A stretch of DNA of 41,360 nucleotides, taken from positions 1 to 41,360 of IMG/VR virus record IMGVR_UViG_2778261164_000004. The stretch is one strand, 5' to 3'. Each line of letters begins with the position of its first letter. Within the stretch, counting starts at the first letter, position 1. Below, one piece after another: positions 8,008-15,802 of the stretch. Position numbers and translations under genes: made by a program. The notes below the pieces were generated by a model. It was not told the DNA's origin, did not search any database, and was given only the letters and a program-made list of their open reading frames with translations. Source of the stretch: a virus (lineage: Duplodnaviria > Heunggongvirae > Uroviricota > Caudoviricetes).

Positions 8008-8365
8008 GTTGACCTCCGATGATTGACTTTGGCGGTGACGCGCCGGGTGCTTATCTTCCGGTTGCCGTCGTGCAGCTGCACTTCACGTCACCCCAAAGCC
8101 AACTACTCTTTGACTCACACTCTCGCAGTGAGCGCGCTCATGCCCTTGAGTCTCTGTCGCTTATTAGCCGCTGATAACCGGTGCGCGTCTGGCATTCGCG
8201 CTGCCTTTCCGGAGCATGTTCCCTTATTTACCCTCACATCGGTCTGCTAAACCTGCTCGCCATTACGCGACTCGGGGCAGCATCATTACTGCTGCATTGC
8301 CTTTCGGCTGCGGTCTAACCGCGTTAGTGCACCATTACGGCACCTCCTGTTTGGTTAAACTCAGT

Positions 8366-8406
8366 TCCCGCATTTCGGCGGGACAATCCCATCAATGTTA
8401 AAGAGC
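8366..8406 (-). promoter_or_regulatory. nutL site (boxA GCUCUUUAACA + boxB hairpin)
   Basis: Minus-strand boxA at 8396-8406 and hairpin UCCCGC-CGAAAU-GCGGGA at 8366-8383; the same boxB sequence recurs on the plus strand after cro (nutR). Confidence 0.6.
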
Positions 8407-8452
8407 CTGCCAATCTGTTCCGTTTGGCTACCAGCGTCCTGCTGATGGCTAA

Positions 8453-8495
8453 AGAATACTGTAGGTATTTTATTGTGTAAATACCCAAGGTATTT
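8453..8495 (-). promoter_or_regulatory. OL operators and PL promoter
   Basis: Two palindromic operators AATAC-N5-GTATT (8455-8469) and AAATAC-N5-GTATTT (8479-8495) of the same family as the OR sites; minus-strand -35 TTTACA and -10 TATTCT with 17-bp spacer overlap them. Confidence 0.55.
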
Positions 8496-8625
8496 ATTTT
8501 TGGTGAAATAATGATAAGCAAATGAATACAAAGGATATTTATTTTTTCGTCGTCTGCTTGTTCAGTGCTTTTTATGCGGGATATGTGAAGTTGATCCCGA
8601 TAGCTATTGCTGCCGGGATTATGGG

Positions 8626-8993
8626 TTAGTCAGCGAAGGTTAAGACGAGAATTACCTTAATGATGTCTGCTACAACAGACACGGCCATAGATAAACCAAA
8701 GACGATCCAAGCCATAGAGATGTCTTCACTACCATCGTATAGAGTTCCGTAATCACTGGTGTAAGGCGTAAATGTCGCGCCTTGATACAATAGGTATAAG
8801 CTTGATCCATAGAGGATAAATGCAGATATCCCTTGTATTGCTATGATCACCAGAATCATGAAACGAGCTGATCTATGCGCCCAAGCCTGGCTTATTTTTT
8901 CTGATAGAGATTTCGCAAAAAAGCATGCGCTAAGCCGTAAATTGTTGAGATTGCCAACATCCCCAAAAAGCTTGCTATAGCGGTTCCAACCAT
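8626..8993 (-). CDS. Repressor-linked three-TM membrane protein; reading frame interrupted at a homopolymer tract (frameshift, pseudogene or slippage site)
   Basis: AAGGGGG RBS and ATG at 8993 open a hydrophobic 33-codon frame (MVGTAIASFLGMLAISTIYGLAHAF...) ending at TAA 8892-8894; the two-TM C-terminal part continues in another frame to 8626; frames rejoin if a coding-strand T6 run (plus 8917-8922) were T7. Confidence 0.45.
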
Positions 8994-9011
8994 AAGCGCC
9001 CCCTTGCGTGA

Positions 9012-9728
9012 TCAAACCAGTCTGAGTTTTGTCTCAATTGCAACGCCTATAATCTTGCAGTTTCCATTGATTGGCACGAGAGGCCATGCAGGATTAAGTC
9101 CCTTGAGGTATTTATTTCCGCCGTCGATTATCAGCTTCTTGAATGTTGCTTCGTTAGAGTCAGAAAGTTTTGCTATGACCAAGCTGCCGTTGATCGCCTC
9201 CCTTCCGGTATCGAAAAGAACGAATGTTCCCTCTGGAATGCTTAACCCAACCGGTGCCGTCATTGAATCACCTTCCACTTTAAGCCAGAACGCATTACCT
9301 TGAATATGCGCGTCAGACTCAAGCCAAACATCTATGTCTTTAATGGTGTATGGTTCGCATGCTTCACACCACGAGCCAGCCTGGATACTGCTTAACACCG
9401 GATACCTCTTTCCTGCTCTGTATTCTCCTGCATACCTTACGTTGGCATCGCTCTTAAGGCTTTCTGCCTGTTCTGCAACCTTGGCAGCAATTGACTGGCT
9501 AAAATCAGCAATTGAGACTTGCAACAGTCGTGCAAAACCAGATGCAACCTCAACGTTTAGCGCGTTTCTGCCATTAAGATAATGCCCTACCGCTCCTTGG
9601 GTGATACCCAGTTCATCAGCGATTGAGTATTGGGTTATTCCCAATTCTTTCTTTTTTGACTCATACAAAGCCTTAAGCCGCTTAGCGTCTTCTAGCTGTT
9701 CTGTCGTCAGTGATTTTTTATTTTCCAT
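9012..9728 (-). CDS. cI: Lambda CI-like prophage repressor (HTH + S24 LexA-like autopeptidase domain)
   Basis: N-terminus ...LTTEQLEDAKRLKALYESKKKELGITQ closely parallels lambda CI; C-terminal domain has the GDSM serine and AKL lysine motifs of S24 peptidases; divergent from cro. Confidence 0.9.
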   Translation of the reverse strand: MENKKSLTTEQLEDAKRLKALYESKKKELGITQYSIADELGITQGAVGHYLNGRNALNVEVASGFARLLQVSIADFSQSIAAKVAEQAESLKSDANVRYAGEYRAGKRYPVLSSIQAGSWCEACEPYTIKDIDVWLESDAHIQGNAFWLKVEGDSMTAPVGLSIPEGTFVLFDTGREAINGSLVIAKLSDSNEATFKKLIIDGGNKYLKGLNPAWPLVPINGNCKIIGVAIETKLRLV

Positions 9729-9763
9729 AGCTTAATTCTAATAGCTAAGGTACTTAAACTAAA

Positions 9764-9805
9764 AATACCCTGAGTATTGATTGCTTTGAATACCTGTAGT
9801 ATTCT
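9764..9805. promoter_or_regulatory. OR operators with PR promoter
   Basis: Palindromes AATAC-CCTGA-GTATT (9764-9778) and GAATAC-CTGTA-GTATTC (9788-9804); PR -35 TTGATT (9777-9782), 17-bp spacer, -10 TATTCT (9800-9805) overlapping the second operator. Confidence 0.6.
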
Positions 9806-9834
9806 TTGTTCATGGTTAATAACGGAGAGTGCAT

Positions 9835-10029
9835 ATGATTCGAATGACACTTGCCGATTACGCCAAAATCCATGGACAGGCTAAAGCAGCCAGTGACTTT
9901 GGTGTAATCCAGTGCGCTATCAGCAAGGCCATTCTGGCAGGCCGTAACATCATGGTTACGGTAAAGCCTGATGGCAGTGTGATTGGAGAGGAAGTTCGTC
10001 CTTTCCCAAGCAACAAGAAAAACAAATAG
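9835..10029 (+). CDS. cro: Cro repressor (lambda Cro-like, 64 aa)
   Basis: [62 protein letters not shown] aligns along its length with recalled lambda Cro; GGAG RBS; ATG at 9835 preferred over the upstream GTG. Confidence 0.85.
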   Translation: MIRMTLADYAKIHGQAKAASDFGVIQCAISKAILAGRNIMVTVKPDGSVIGEEVRPFPSNKKNK

Positions 10030-10036
10030 TAACACC

Positions 10037-10079
10037 GCTCTTTAACAGTCATGGTCCTCATTCCCGCCGAAATGCGGGA
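10037..10079 (+). promoter_or_regulatory. nutR site (boxA CGCTCTTTAACA + boxB hairpin)
   Basis: boxA at 10037-10048; hairpin TCCCGC-CGAAAT-GCGGGA at 10062-10079, identical to the nutL boxB. Confidence 0.65.
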
Positions 10080-10137
10080 ATACAACGCGCATAATTTGAT
10101 GCGCATAACTTCTTATTTGTTAAGGAAATACTTACAT

Positions 10138-10416
10138 ATGCAACTTACAAGTACTCGCAAGAAAGCGAATGCAATTACAAGCAACATCCTGAATCGAATT
10201 GCTGTACGTGGTCAGCGAAAGGTTGCCGACGCGTTAGGGATTAATGAATCGCAAATTTCGCGATGGAAAGATAGCTTCATCCCCAAAATGGGAATGCTTC
10301 TGGCTGTTCTTGAATGGGGTGTTGAAGACGAGGAGTTGGCGGAACTGGCTAAGAAAGTAGCCAGAATGCTGACAAAAGAAAAAGCCCCGAAGAACGGCGA
10401 ATTCTTCGAGGCCTGA
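10138..10416 (+). CDS. cII: CII-like transcriptional activator (92 aa)
   Basis: ...SQISRWKDSFIPKMGMLLAVLEWGVEDEELAELAKKVA... parallels lambda CII (SQISRWKRDWIPKFSMLLAVLEWGV); internal ATG chosen because the longer ORF would overlap nutR. Confidence 0.8.
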   Translation: MQLTSTRKKANAITSNILNRIAVRGQRKVADALGINESQISRWKDSFIPKMGMLLAVLEWGVEDEELAELAKKVARMLTKEKAPKNGEFFEA

Positions 10417-10450
10417 TGTAGAAAGACTGGATCAATCCACAGGAGTAATT

Positions 10451-10612
10451 ATGACAAAACGTCGTAAGAAATACCAGGAAAAAGAAGAGATTCGACACCC
10501 TGATTCACCTGAGGGATTAGTGGTAGCCGCAGCAAATAACAGGGCGTTCGCAGAGCGCCTTGTTGGTGTTTACAGACTAGCCAAAGCAGGAGTGAAACAT
10601 GGGCGTCGTTAA
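10451..10612 (+). CDS. Small basic hypothetical protein (53 aa)
   Basis: AGGAG RBS 5 nt upstream of ATG at 10451; overlaps the start of the O-like gene by 14 nt; below track cutoff. Confidence 0.35.
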   Translation: MTKRRKKYQEKEEIRHPDSPEGLVVAAANNRAFAERLVGVYRLAKAGVKHGRR

Positions 10613-11489
10613 GTTAGCTGATTACAGGCATAACCCTGTACAACATCAGGAGGCATCCAGTATGGGGTATGTCTCTATACACCGCCAGTTTATGGACAGC
10701 AGGCTCTATAAGGACTCTCAGGCAGTACATCTTTGGCTTCACTTAATCCTCAAGGCTAATCACGAATCTACTGTCGTCAATACGGATATCGGTCCGATAA
10801 CTGTTGATCGCGGTCAGATGATAACTGGACGCCCGTCGCTGGTCAGAGAAACATTCATCCCCGACAACAAAGTTCGGAGCTTATTACGGACTTTTGAGTC
10901 GAAAGGGATGCTTAATATTTGCTCGATGGGGAAGAAATTTAGCCTGTTTACAATCGTTAAATATGACGATTTTCAGGCAAAAAATTGTCCAACGGTTGTC
11001 CAACGGTTGTCCAACGCAAACACCAGTAATGGCGCGGCTCTCAGCGGAGATTGTCCAACGGTTGTCCAACGGTTGTCCATAAACAATAATATAAATAATA
11101 TCTCTAATACTGACGTATTAGAGAGTGCCACAGCAGACAAAAAGTCTGACAAGAAAAAACCTTCCGTTAGCTGTCAGGATGTTGTCGATGCTTACCACGA
11201 AATCCTTCCTGAAGCGCCAAGAATCCGCGCACTGAATGACAAGCGTAAAAACCAGATCCGAACGTTCTGGCGCAAAGCCGGAGTGATAACCCGCCAGCTT
11301 GACGGGCATGGGTTCACGATGCAGGACTGGAGAAATTATTTGAGCTACGTAGGCGAAAATTGCCGATGGATGTTCGAAGAACGCCCAAACCATCAACGCG
11401 GAACCGTCTGGCACAAAAAGGGATTTGATTTCCTGCTTAACGACAATACCTACCTGAAAGTTCGTGAGGGTGAACACGATGACCGATAA
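10599..11489 (+). CDS. Replication initiation protein (O / gp18-like) containing the origin iterons
   Basis: AGGAG RBS; immediately precedes the helicase gene; contains two clusters of 11-bp direct repeats followed by an AT-rich tract, as in lambdoid O genes. Confidence 0.7.
   Translation: MGVVKLADYRHNPVQHQEASSMGYVSIHRQFMDSRLYKDSQAVHLWLHLILKANHESTVVNTDIGPITVDRGQMITGRPSLVRETFIPDNKVRSLLRTFESKGMLNICSMGKKFSLFTIVKYDDFQAKNCPTVVQRLSNANTSNGAALSGDCPTVVQRLSINNNINNISNTDVLESATADKKSDKKKPSVSCQDVVDAYHEILPEAPRIRALNDKRKNQIRTFWRKAGVITRQLDGHGFTMQDWRNYLSYVGENCRWMFEERPNHQRGTVWHKKGFDFLLNDNTYLKVREGEHDDR
10985..11083. repeat. Origin-of-replication iterons (2 x 3 copies of TTGTCCAACGG) with adjacent AT-rich region
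   Basis: Tandem 11-bp units at 10985-11017 and 11051-11083 (third copy of each set degenerate); AT-rich stretch 11084-11125. Confidence 0.6.
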
Positions 11490-12915
11490 TTTTTATGCGC
11501 CGCCCCATAGCATCGAGGCAGAGCAGGCGGTGATTGGTGGATTGCTTCTGGATGATGACAGCAGTGAGCGCGTCCAGAAAGTTCTGGCGATGCTGAAGCC
11601 CGATTCATTTTACAGCCGACCACACAAAATCCTTTTCGAAGAAATAACCAGAATGCACTGGGAGCAAAAGCCAGTAGATGGCCTGACGCTTTTCGATGAA
11701 CTGGAGCGTAAATCGTTAACGGTGTCTGTTGGCGGTTTTGCTTATATCGCTGAGATCGCAAAGAACACGCCAAGCGCAGCAAACATCGTTGCCTATGCAA
11801 TGCAGGTTCGTGAAACCGCAATGGAACGCTACGCCATCAACCGCATGACTGAAGCGACGGAATTGCTCTATTCCCGCAACGGAATGACTGCGACGCAGAA
11901 GTACGAAGCTATTCAGTCGATTTTCACGCAACTGACAGACCATGCAAAAACCGGATCGCGTCGCGGCCTTCGTTCATTTGGTGAGGTCATGGAAGACTGG
12001 GTTAGCGACCTTGAGAAGAGATTTGACCCATCAGGAGAACAACGGGGAATGAGCACAGGGATCCCATCGTTGGACAGGATGCTGTCACCGAAAGGTCTGG
12101 TGAAAGGCTCTCTGTTTGTCATTGGCGCTCGCCCTAAGATGGGGAAAACGACGCTATACAGCCAGATGGCAATCAACTGCGCAGTGCATGAGAAAAAGCC
12201 CGCTCTGATGTTCAGCCTTGAAATGCCAGGTGATCAGATACTGGAAAAACTGGTAGGGCAGAAGTCTGGTGTTAACCCGAATATTTTTTACCTTCCGGCG
12301 ACAAATGACGCTGATGACGGCTATCAGGGTGATTACGATGGTGACTTCAACAGGGCGATCGAAACAGCCAATCGCTTGAGTGAAATCGACCTGCTTTACA
12401 TCGACGACACGCCGGGATTATCTCTGGCTCAAATCGTCAGCGAAAGCCGTCGAATCAAGCGAGAAAAAGGATGTGTTGGCATGATTCTGGTCGATTACCT
12501 GACACTAATGACCGCTGAGAAGGCCGATCGCAACGACCTTGCCTACGGCATGATCACCAAAGGACTGAAGAACCTTGCCAAAGAGCTTGATTGCGTTGTT
12601 GTGCTTCTGACACAGCTTAACCGCGCATTGGAAAGCCGAACCAATAAACGCCCATTACCAAGTGACTCGCGCGATACAGGGCAGATTGAACAGGATTGCG
12701 ATTATTGGGTGGGGATCCATCGTGAAGGTGCTTTTGATGACAGTGTTCCACCTGGTGAAACCGAACTAATCCTTCGTCTCAATCGTCATGGCAATACCGG
12801 CACGGTGTATTGCATTCAGGCAAATGGCGCTATTTATGACACAGACCAACAGTCTGCTGAAATGCGCCGCCGTGAACGCGAGGAACCGCAATCCAAGAAG
12901 AAAGGAGGATTCTGA
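11479..12915 (+). CDS. DnaB-family replicative helicase (P22 gene 12-like)
   Basis: DnaB N-terminal domain pattern (SIEAEQAVIGGLLLD), Walker A GARPKMGKT and RecA-like core; GAGGG RBS; start taken at the MTDNFYAPP methionine. Confidence 0.9.
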   Translation: MTDNFYAPPHSIEAEQAVIGGLLLDDDSSERVQKVLAMLKPDSFYSRPHKILFEEITRMHWEQKPVDGLTLFDELERKSLTVSVGGFAYIAEIAKNTPSAANIVAYAMQVRETAMERYAINRMTEATELLYSRNGMTATQKYEAIQSIFTQLTDHAKTGSRRGLRSFGEVMEDWVSDLEKRFDPSGEQRGMSTGIPSLDRMLSPKGLVKGSLFVIGARPKMGKTTLYSQMAINCAVHEKKPALMFSLEMPGDQILEKLVGQKSGVNPNIFYLPATNDADDGYQGDYDGDFNRAIETANRLSEIDLLYIDDTPGLSLAQIVSESRRIKREKGCVGMILVDYLTLMTAEKADRNDLAYGMITKGLKNLAKELDCVVVLLTQLNRALESRTNKRPLPSDSRDTGQIEQDCDYWVGIHREGAFDDSVPPGETELILRLNRHGNTGTVYCIQANGAIYDTDQQSAEMRRREREEPQSKKKGGF

Positions 12916-12990
12916 TGACCATCTACATCACTGAGCTTGTAACAGGCCTGCTGGTAATCGCAGGCCTTTTTATTTGGGGAGAGTGAAGTC

Positions 12991-13173
12991 ATGAATCTGG
13001 ACGAGCAAGATGCACAAACTATTAGCTCATACATAAGGGCATCAAGACCAGATTACAAAGGTCCGGTGTTCGTAGATTTATCTCGCCTTGAAGAGATTTA
13101 CATGTGGGAAGCAAGGCTACTTACGCATCTTTTTATTCGCAAGATGACTAGCAACATTACAAAACCAATGTAA
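12991..13173 (+). CDS. Hypothetical nin-region protein (60 aa)
   Basis: ORF with GGGGAGAG RBS upstream. Confidence 0.4.
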   Translation: MNLDEQDAQTISSYIRASRPDYKGPVFVDLSRLEEIYMWEARLLTHLFIRKMTSNITKPM

Positions 13174-13187
13174 CTGGAGAGGTGAAT

Positions 13188-13403
13188 ATGAGCACACTCG
13201 CAGACCTTATTCATGCCGATATGGCGGAAGATGGAGCAAGGCGTAATAGGTACTGGAAATCATCAAGCCTTCCAGTTTGTGAAAGATTCAACCACAGGCC
13301 AAAACCAAAACGTAGCCGACGAGACAAGGTGTTGAAAAAACTCATGCAAATAAACATGGCTGGTTTTGTCAGATTCGTGAGTGAAACGACTAACGGGGAT
13401 TGA
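13188..13403 (+). CDS. Hypothetical nin-region protein (71 aa)
   Basis: GGAGAGG RBS 6 nt upstream of ATG at 13188. Confidence 0.4.
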   Translation: MSTLADLIHADMAEDGARRNRYWKSSSLPVCERFNHRPKPKRSRRDKVLKKLMQINMAGFVRFVSETTNGD

Positions 13404-13404
13404 T

Positions 13405-13671
13405 ATGGACGAATCAAGAAAGCAGTTTGAAGAATGGTTTGAAAATTACACCGGATGTGATCCTAAAAATAAAATATACGCCAATATGGTTGAGATGTAT
13501 TGGCAAGCGTGGCAGGCATCGCGAGCAGCTATCGAGATTGAGTGTCCTGGAAAAAGAGAGCGTGAGGCATTTTCTACCGATTTCGAGGATGGGGTCACAT
13601 TTGGTTATAACGACGCAATTAGTGAATGCGAAGGACGGATTCGCGCTGCTGGAGTCAAAGTGAAGGAGTAA
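13405..13671 (+). CDS. Hypothetical nin-region protein (88 aa)
   Basis: ORF tightly packed between neighbours; internal ATG at 13405 chosen. Confidence 0.45.
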   Translation: MDESRKQFEEWFENYTGCDPKNKIYANMVEMYWQAWQASRAAIEIECPGKREREAFSTDFEDGVTFGYNDAISECEGRIRAAGVKVKE

Positions 13672-13673
13672 CG

Positions 13674-14084
13674 ATGAAGCAAACAATTTTCCTCCGAACT
13701 AAGCAACAACAGCAAGCCGCAATCAACGCCATCCTCGCAACACCACTCGATAAAGACAAGCCAGTCACCATCCGCATTACTGACTACAAGCGCAACCTTG
13801 ACCAGAACGCAAAATTTCACGTGATGCTGGCGGATATCGCTCGTCAGGCTCAATGGTGCGGCAAATGGTTAAAACCGGAACAATGGAAGGTTTTGTTGAT
13901 TAGCGGTCATGCAGTGGCAACAAACCTGGAAGCTGATGTTTTGCCCGGGCTTGAAGGCGAATACGTCAACATTCGCGAAAGCAGCGCGCAGATGAGCGTG
14001 AAGCGCATGGCAAGTCTGATCGAGTACACAACAGCCTGGGCTATTGGTCAGGGTGTCAGATTTACCGACAGGAGGTACGAATGA
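13674..14084 (+). CDS. ninB: NinB (Orf-family recombination mediator)
   Basis: AAGGAG RBS; size about 136 aa and sequence pattern resemble recalled lambda NinB; located in the nin region. Confidence 0.7.
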   Translation: MKQTIFLRTKQQQQAAINAILATPLDKDKPVTIRITDYKRNLDQNAKFHVMLADIARQAQWCGKWLKPEQWKVLLISGHAVATNLEADVLPGLEGEYVNIRESSAQMSVKRMASLIEYTTAWAIGQGVRFTDRRYE

Positions 14085-14257
14085 GACGACAGCGACGAAG
14101 TTTCACCGACATCATCTGCGAAAACTGCAAATACCTTCCAACGAAACGCTCCAGAAATAAACGCAAGCCAATCCCAAAAGAATCTGACGTAAAAACCTTC
14201 AACTACACGGCTCACCTGTGGGATATCCGGTGGCTAAGACATCGTGCGAGGAAATGA
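14081..14257 (+). CDS. ninE: NinE (58 aa)
   Basis: [52 protein letters not shown]... matches recalled lambda NinE; ATGA overlap with ninB stop. Confidence 0.6.
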   Translation: MRRQRRSFTDIICENCKYLPTKRSRNKRKPIPKESDVKTFNYTAHLWDIRWLRHRARK

Positions 14258-14601
14258 CAATGGATTATTCACAGTTAAGTGATTTTGAAATTAACAGAAT
14301 GGTAGGAGACATAATTTTTAAAGGCCTTTGGGCATGTAAACCGGAAACGTCAGGGAATAACACCAACAAATGGTATTACGGAAATGCTGATACAACTTTT
14401 GAGCCATTAAACCCTTTACCTGACTACTGCAATGATCCGAGTGCCTCATGGCCGATTATTGAGAAACACAGGATTTCTATCTTAGACCAGTTAACTGAAT
14501 GGTGTGTGGATGCAAATGGCGTAAGCCCAATATTTGATACCAGACCTCTCCGCGCCGCCATGATTGTCTTTCTCCTGATGCAGGACGCTAATAATGCTTA
14601 G
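14254..14601 (+). CDS. nin-region protein (NinX-position, 115 aa)
   Basis: ATGA-coupled to ninE stop; position corresponds to ninX in the P22-type nin order (recalled). Confidence 0.45.
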   Translation: MTMDYSQLSDFEINRMVGDIIFKGLWACKPETSGNNTNKWYYGNADTTFEPLNPLPDYCNDPSASWPIIEKHRISILDQLTEWCVDANGVSPIFDTRPLRAAMIVFLLMQDANNA

Positions 14602-14770
14602 CCCATCACAATCCCTTCAATACCAGAAAGAAAGCGTCGAGCGGGCTTTAACGTGCGCTAATTGCGGTCAGAAGTTGCATGTGCTGGAAGTTCACGTGTG
14701 CTCCGATTGCTGCGCAGAACTGATGAGCGATCCGAATAGCTCAATGTACGAGGAAGAAGACGATGAATGA
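14594..14770 (+). CDS. ninF: NinF (58 aa, Cys-rich)
   Basis: [50 protein letters not shown]... matches recalled lambda NinF. Confidence 0.6.
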   Translation: MLSPSQSLQYQKESVERALTCANCGQKLHVLEVHVCSDCCAELMSDPNSSMYEEEDDE

Positions 14771-14975
14771 TTACCTGAAATGGTATCTCTGCCACCGCTG
14801 GTTAATTAAGTATGCTGTAAAAGACTGGATGACAGCGGATGCCAACAAGCTTAAGCAAAGAAAAGACTATTACTACGCCAGAATGAAGGAAAACTACTGC
14901 TCAATTCGCACTCGCATATTTATTAAAAAAGACCTTCAGTCAATTCTTCAGTTGCGAGGGAAGGTAAATGGCTAA
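14763..14975 (+). CDS. Hypothetical nin-region protein (70 aa)
   Basis: ORF overlapping the ninF stop; no family recognised. Confidence 0.4.
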   Translation: MNDYLKWYLCHRWLIKYAVKDWMTADANKLKQRKDYYYARMKENYCSIRTRIFIKKDLQSILQLRGKVNG

Positions 14976-15258
14976 CCTACGCAAAGAAGCGCGCGGCAGA
15001 GAATGCCAGGTACGTATTTACGACGTATGCAATGGCAACCCTGAAACTACAGTTCTGGCACATTACCGGATGGCTGGAATTTGCGGAACGGGAATGAAGC
15101 CTGACGACCTGATCGGCGCATGGGCTTGTAGCGCGTGTCACGATGAAATCGACCGACGCACCCATAATCTCGACAACAAAGACGCCAGACTTTACCACCT
15201 CGAAGGCGTGATCAGGACGCAGGCGATACTGCTGAAGGAGGGAAAGATTAAGCCATGA
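14968..15258 (+). CDS. YbcO-like (DUF1364) Cys-rich putative nuclease
   Basis: RGRECQVRIYDVCNGNPETTVLAHYRM...CSACHDEIDRRTH closely parallels recalled E. coli DLP12 YbcO. Confidence 0.6.
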   Translation: MANLRKEARGRECQVRIYDVCNGNPETTVLAHYRMAGICGTGMKPDDLIGAWACSACHDEIDRRTHNLDNKDARLYHLEGVIRTQAILLKEGKIKP

Positions 15259-15617
15259 ACGAATATCAGTTTGTGCTTCCTTACCCGCCGTCGGTGAATA
15301 CCTACTGGCGAAGACGGGGAAGCCAATACTACATCAGCGATAAAGGCCAGAAATACCGAAAAGACGTTCAGCAAATCATCCGCCAACTTAAGTTAGACAT
15401 TTTCACCAAATCACGACTCCGCATCAAAGTCATCGCAGATGTTCCAGACTCCCGCCGCCGCGACCTCGACAACATCCTGAAAGGTTTACTCGACTCCCTT
15501 ATCCACGCCGGATTTGCGGAAGACGACGAGCAATTCGATGACATTCGCGTAATTCGTGGTGTGAAAGTACCAGGTGGAAGGCTTGGAATAAAAATCACCG
15601 AAATGGAGAACGTATGA
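15255..15617 (+). CDS. rusA: RusA Holliday-junction resolvase
   Basis: 120 aa; PYPPSVNTYWRRRG...DRRRRDLDNILKGLLDSL...GGRLGIKITEM parallels E. coli RusA catalytic motifs. Confidence 0.8.
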   Translation: MNEYQFVLPYPPSVNTYWRRRGSQYYISDKGQKYRKDVQQIIRQLKLDIFTKSRLRIKVIADVPDSRRRDLDNILKGLLDSLIHAGFAEDDEQFDDIRVIRGVKVPGGRLGIKITEMENV

Positions 15618-15802
15618 ACGCCACAATTCAAACGATACCAGAGCTTCTTATCCAGACACGAGGCAATCAGACCGAAGTGGCGAGGATGCTTTCCTGCGCA
15701 AGAGGAACAGTGCTCAAGTACAACCGAGATAGCAAAGGCGAGCGTCACGTAATAGTTAACGGCGTCCTGATGGTCAAACAGGGCAAGAGGGGAAGACGAT
15801 GA
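15614..15802 (+). CDS. ninH: NinH-like small DNA-binding protein
   Basis: ...GNQTEVARMLSCARGTVLKY...VNGVLMV resembles recalled lambda NinH. Confidence 0.55.
   Translation: MNATIQTIPELLIQTRGNQTEVARMLSCARGTVLKYNRDSKGERHVIVNGVLMVKQGKRGRR

Noticed and set aside
8023-8521. Track ORFs 8023-8250 (+), 8216-8401 (+), 8324-8521 (-) between the N-like gene and OL
   Set aside because: They lie in the GC-rich leader and across nutL and the operators, lack RBS, and GC-rich sequence inflates random ORF length; treated as non-coding.
9013-9015. TTG start at 9015 giving a 129-aa ORF directly overlapping the cI stop
   Set aside because: The N-terminal 30 residues in that frame are not protein-like, whereas an RBS+ATG at 8993 in another frame encodes a clean TM helix; a frameshifted gene is the better interpretation.
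10985-11083. Possible CRISPR array suggested by the tandem repeats
   Set aside because: Units are only 11 bp, directly tandem without spacers, and lie inside an ORF next to an AT-rich tract; these are replication-origin iterons.
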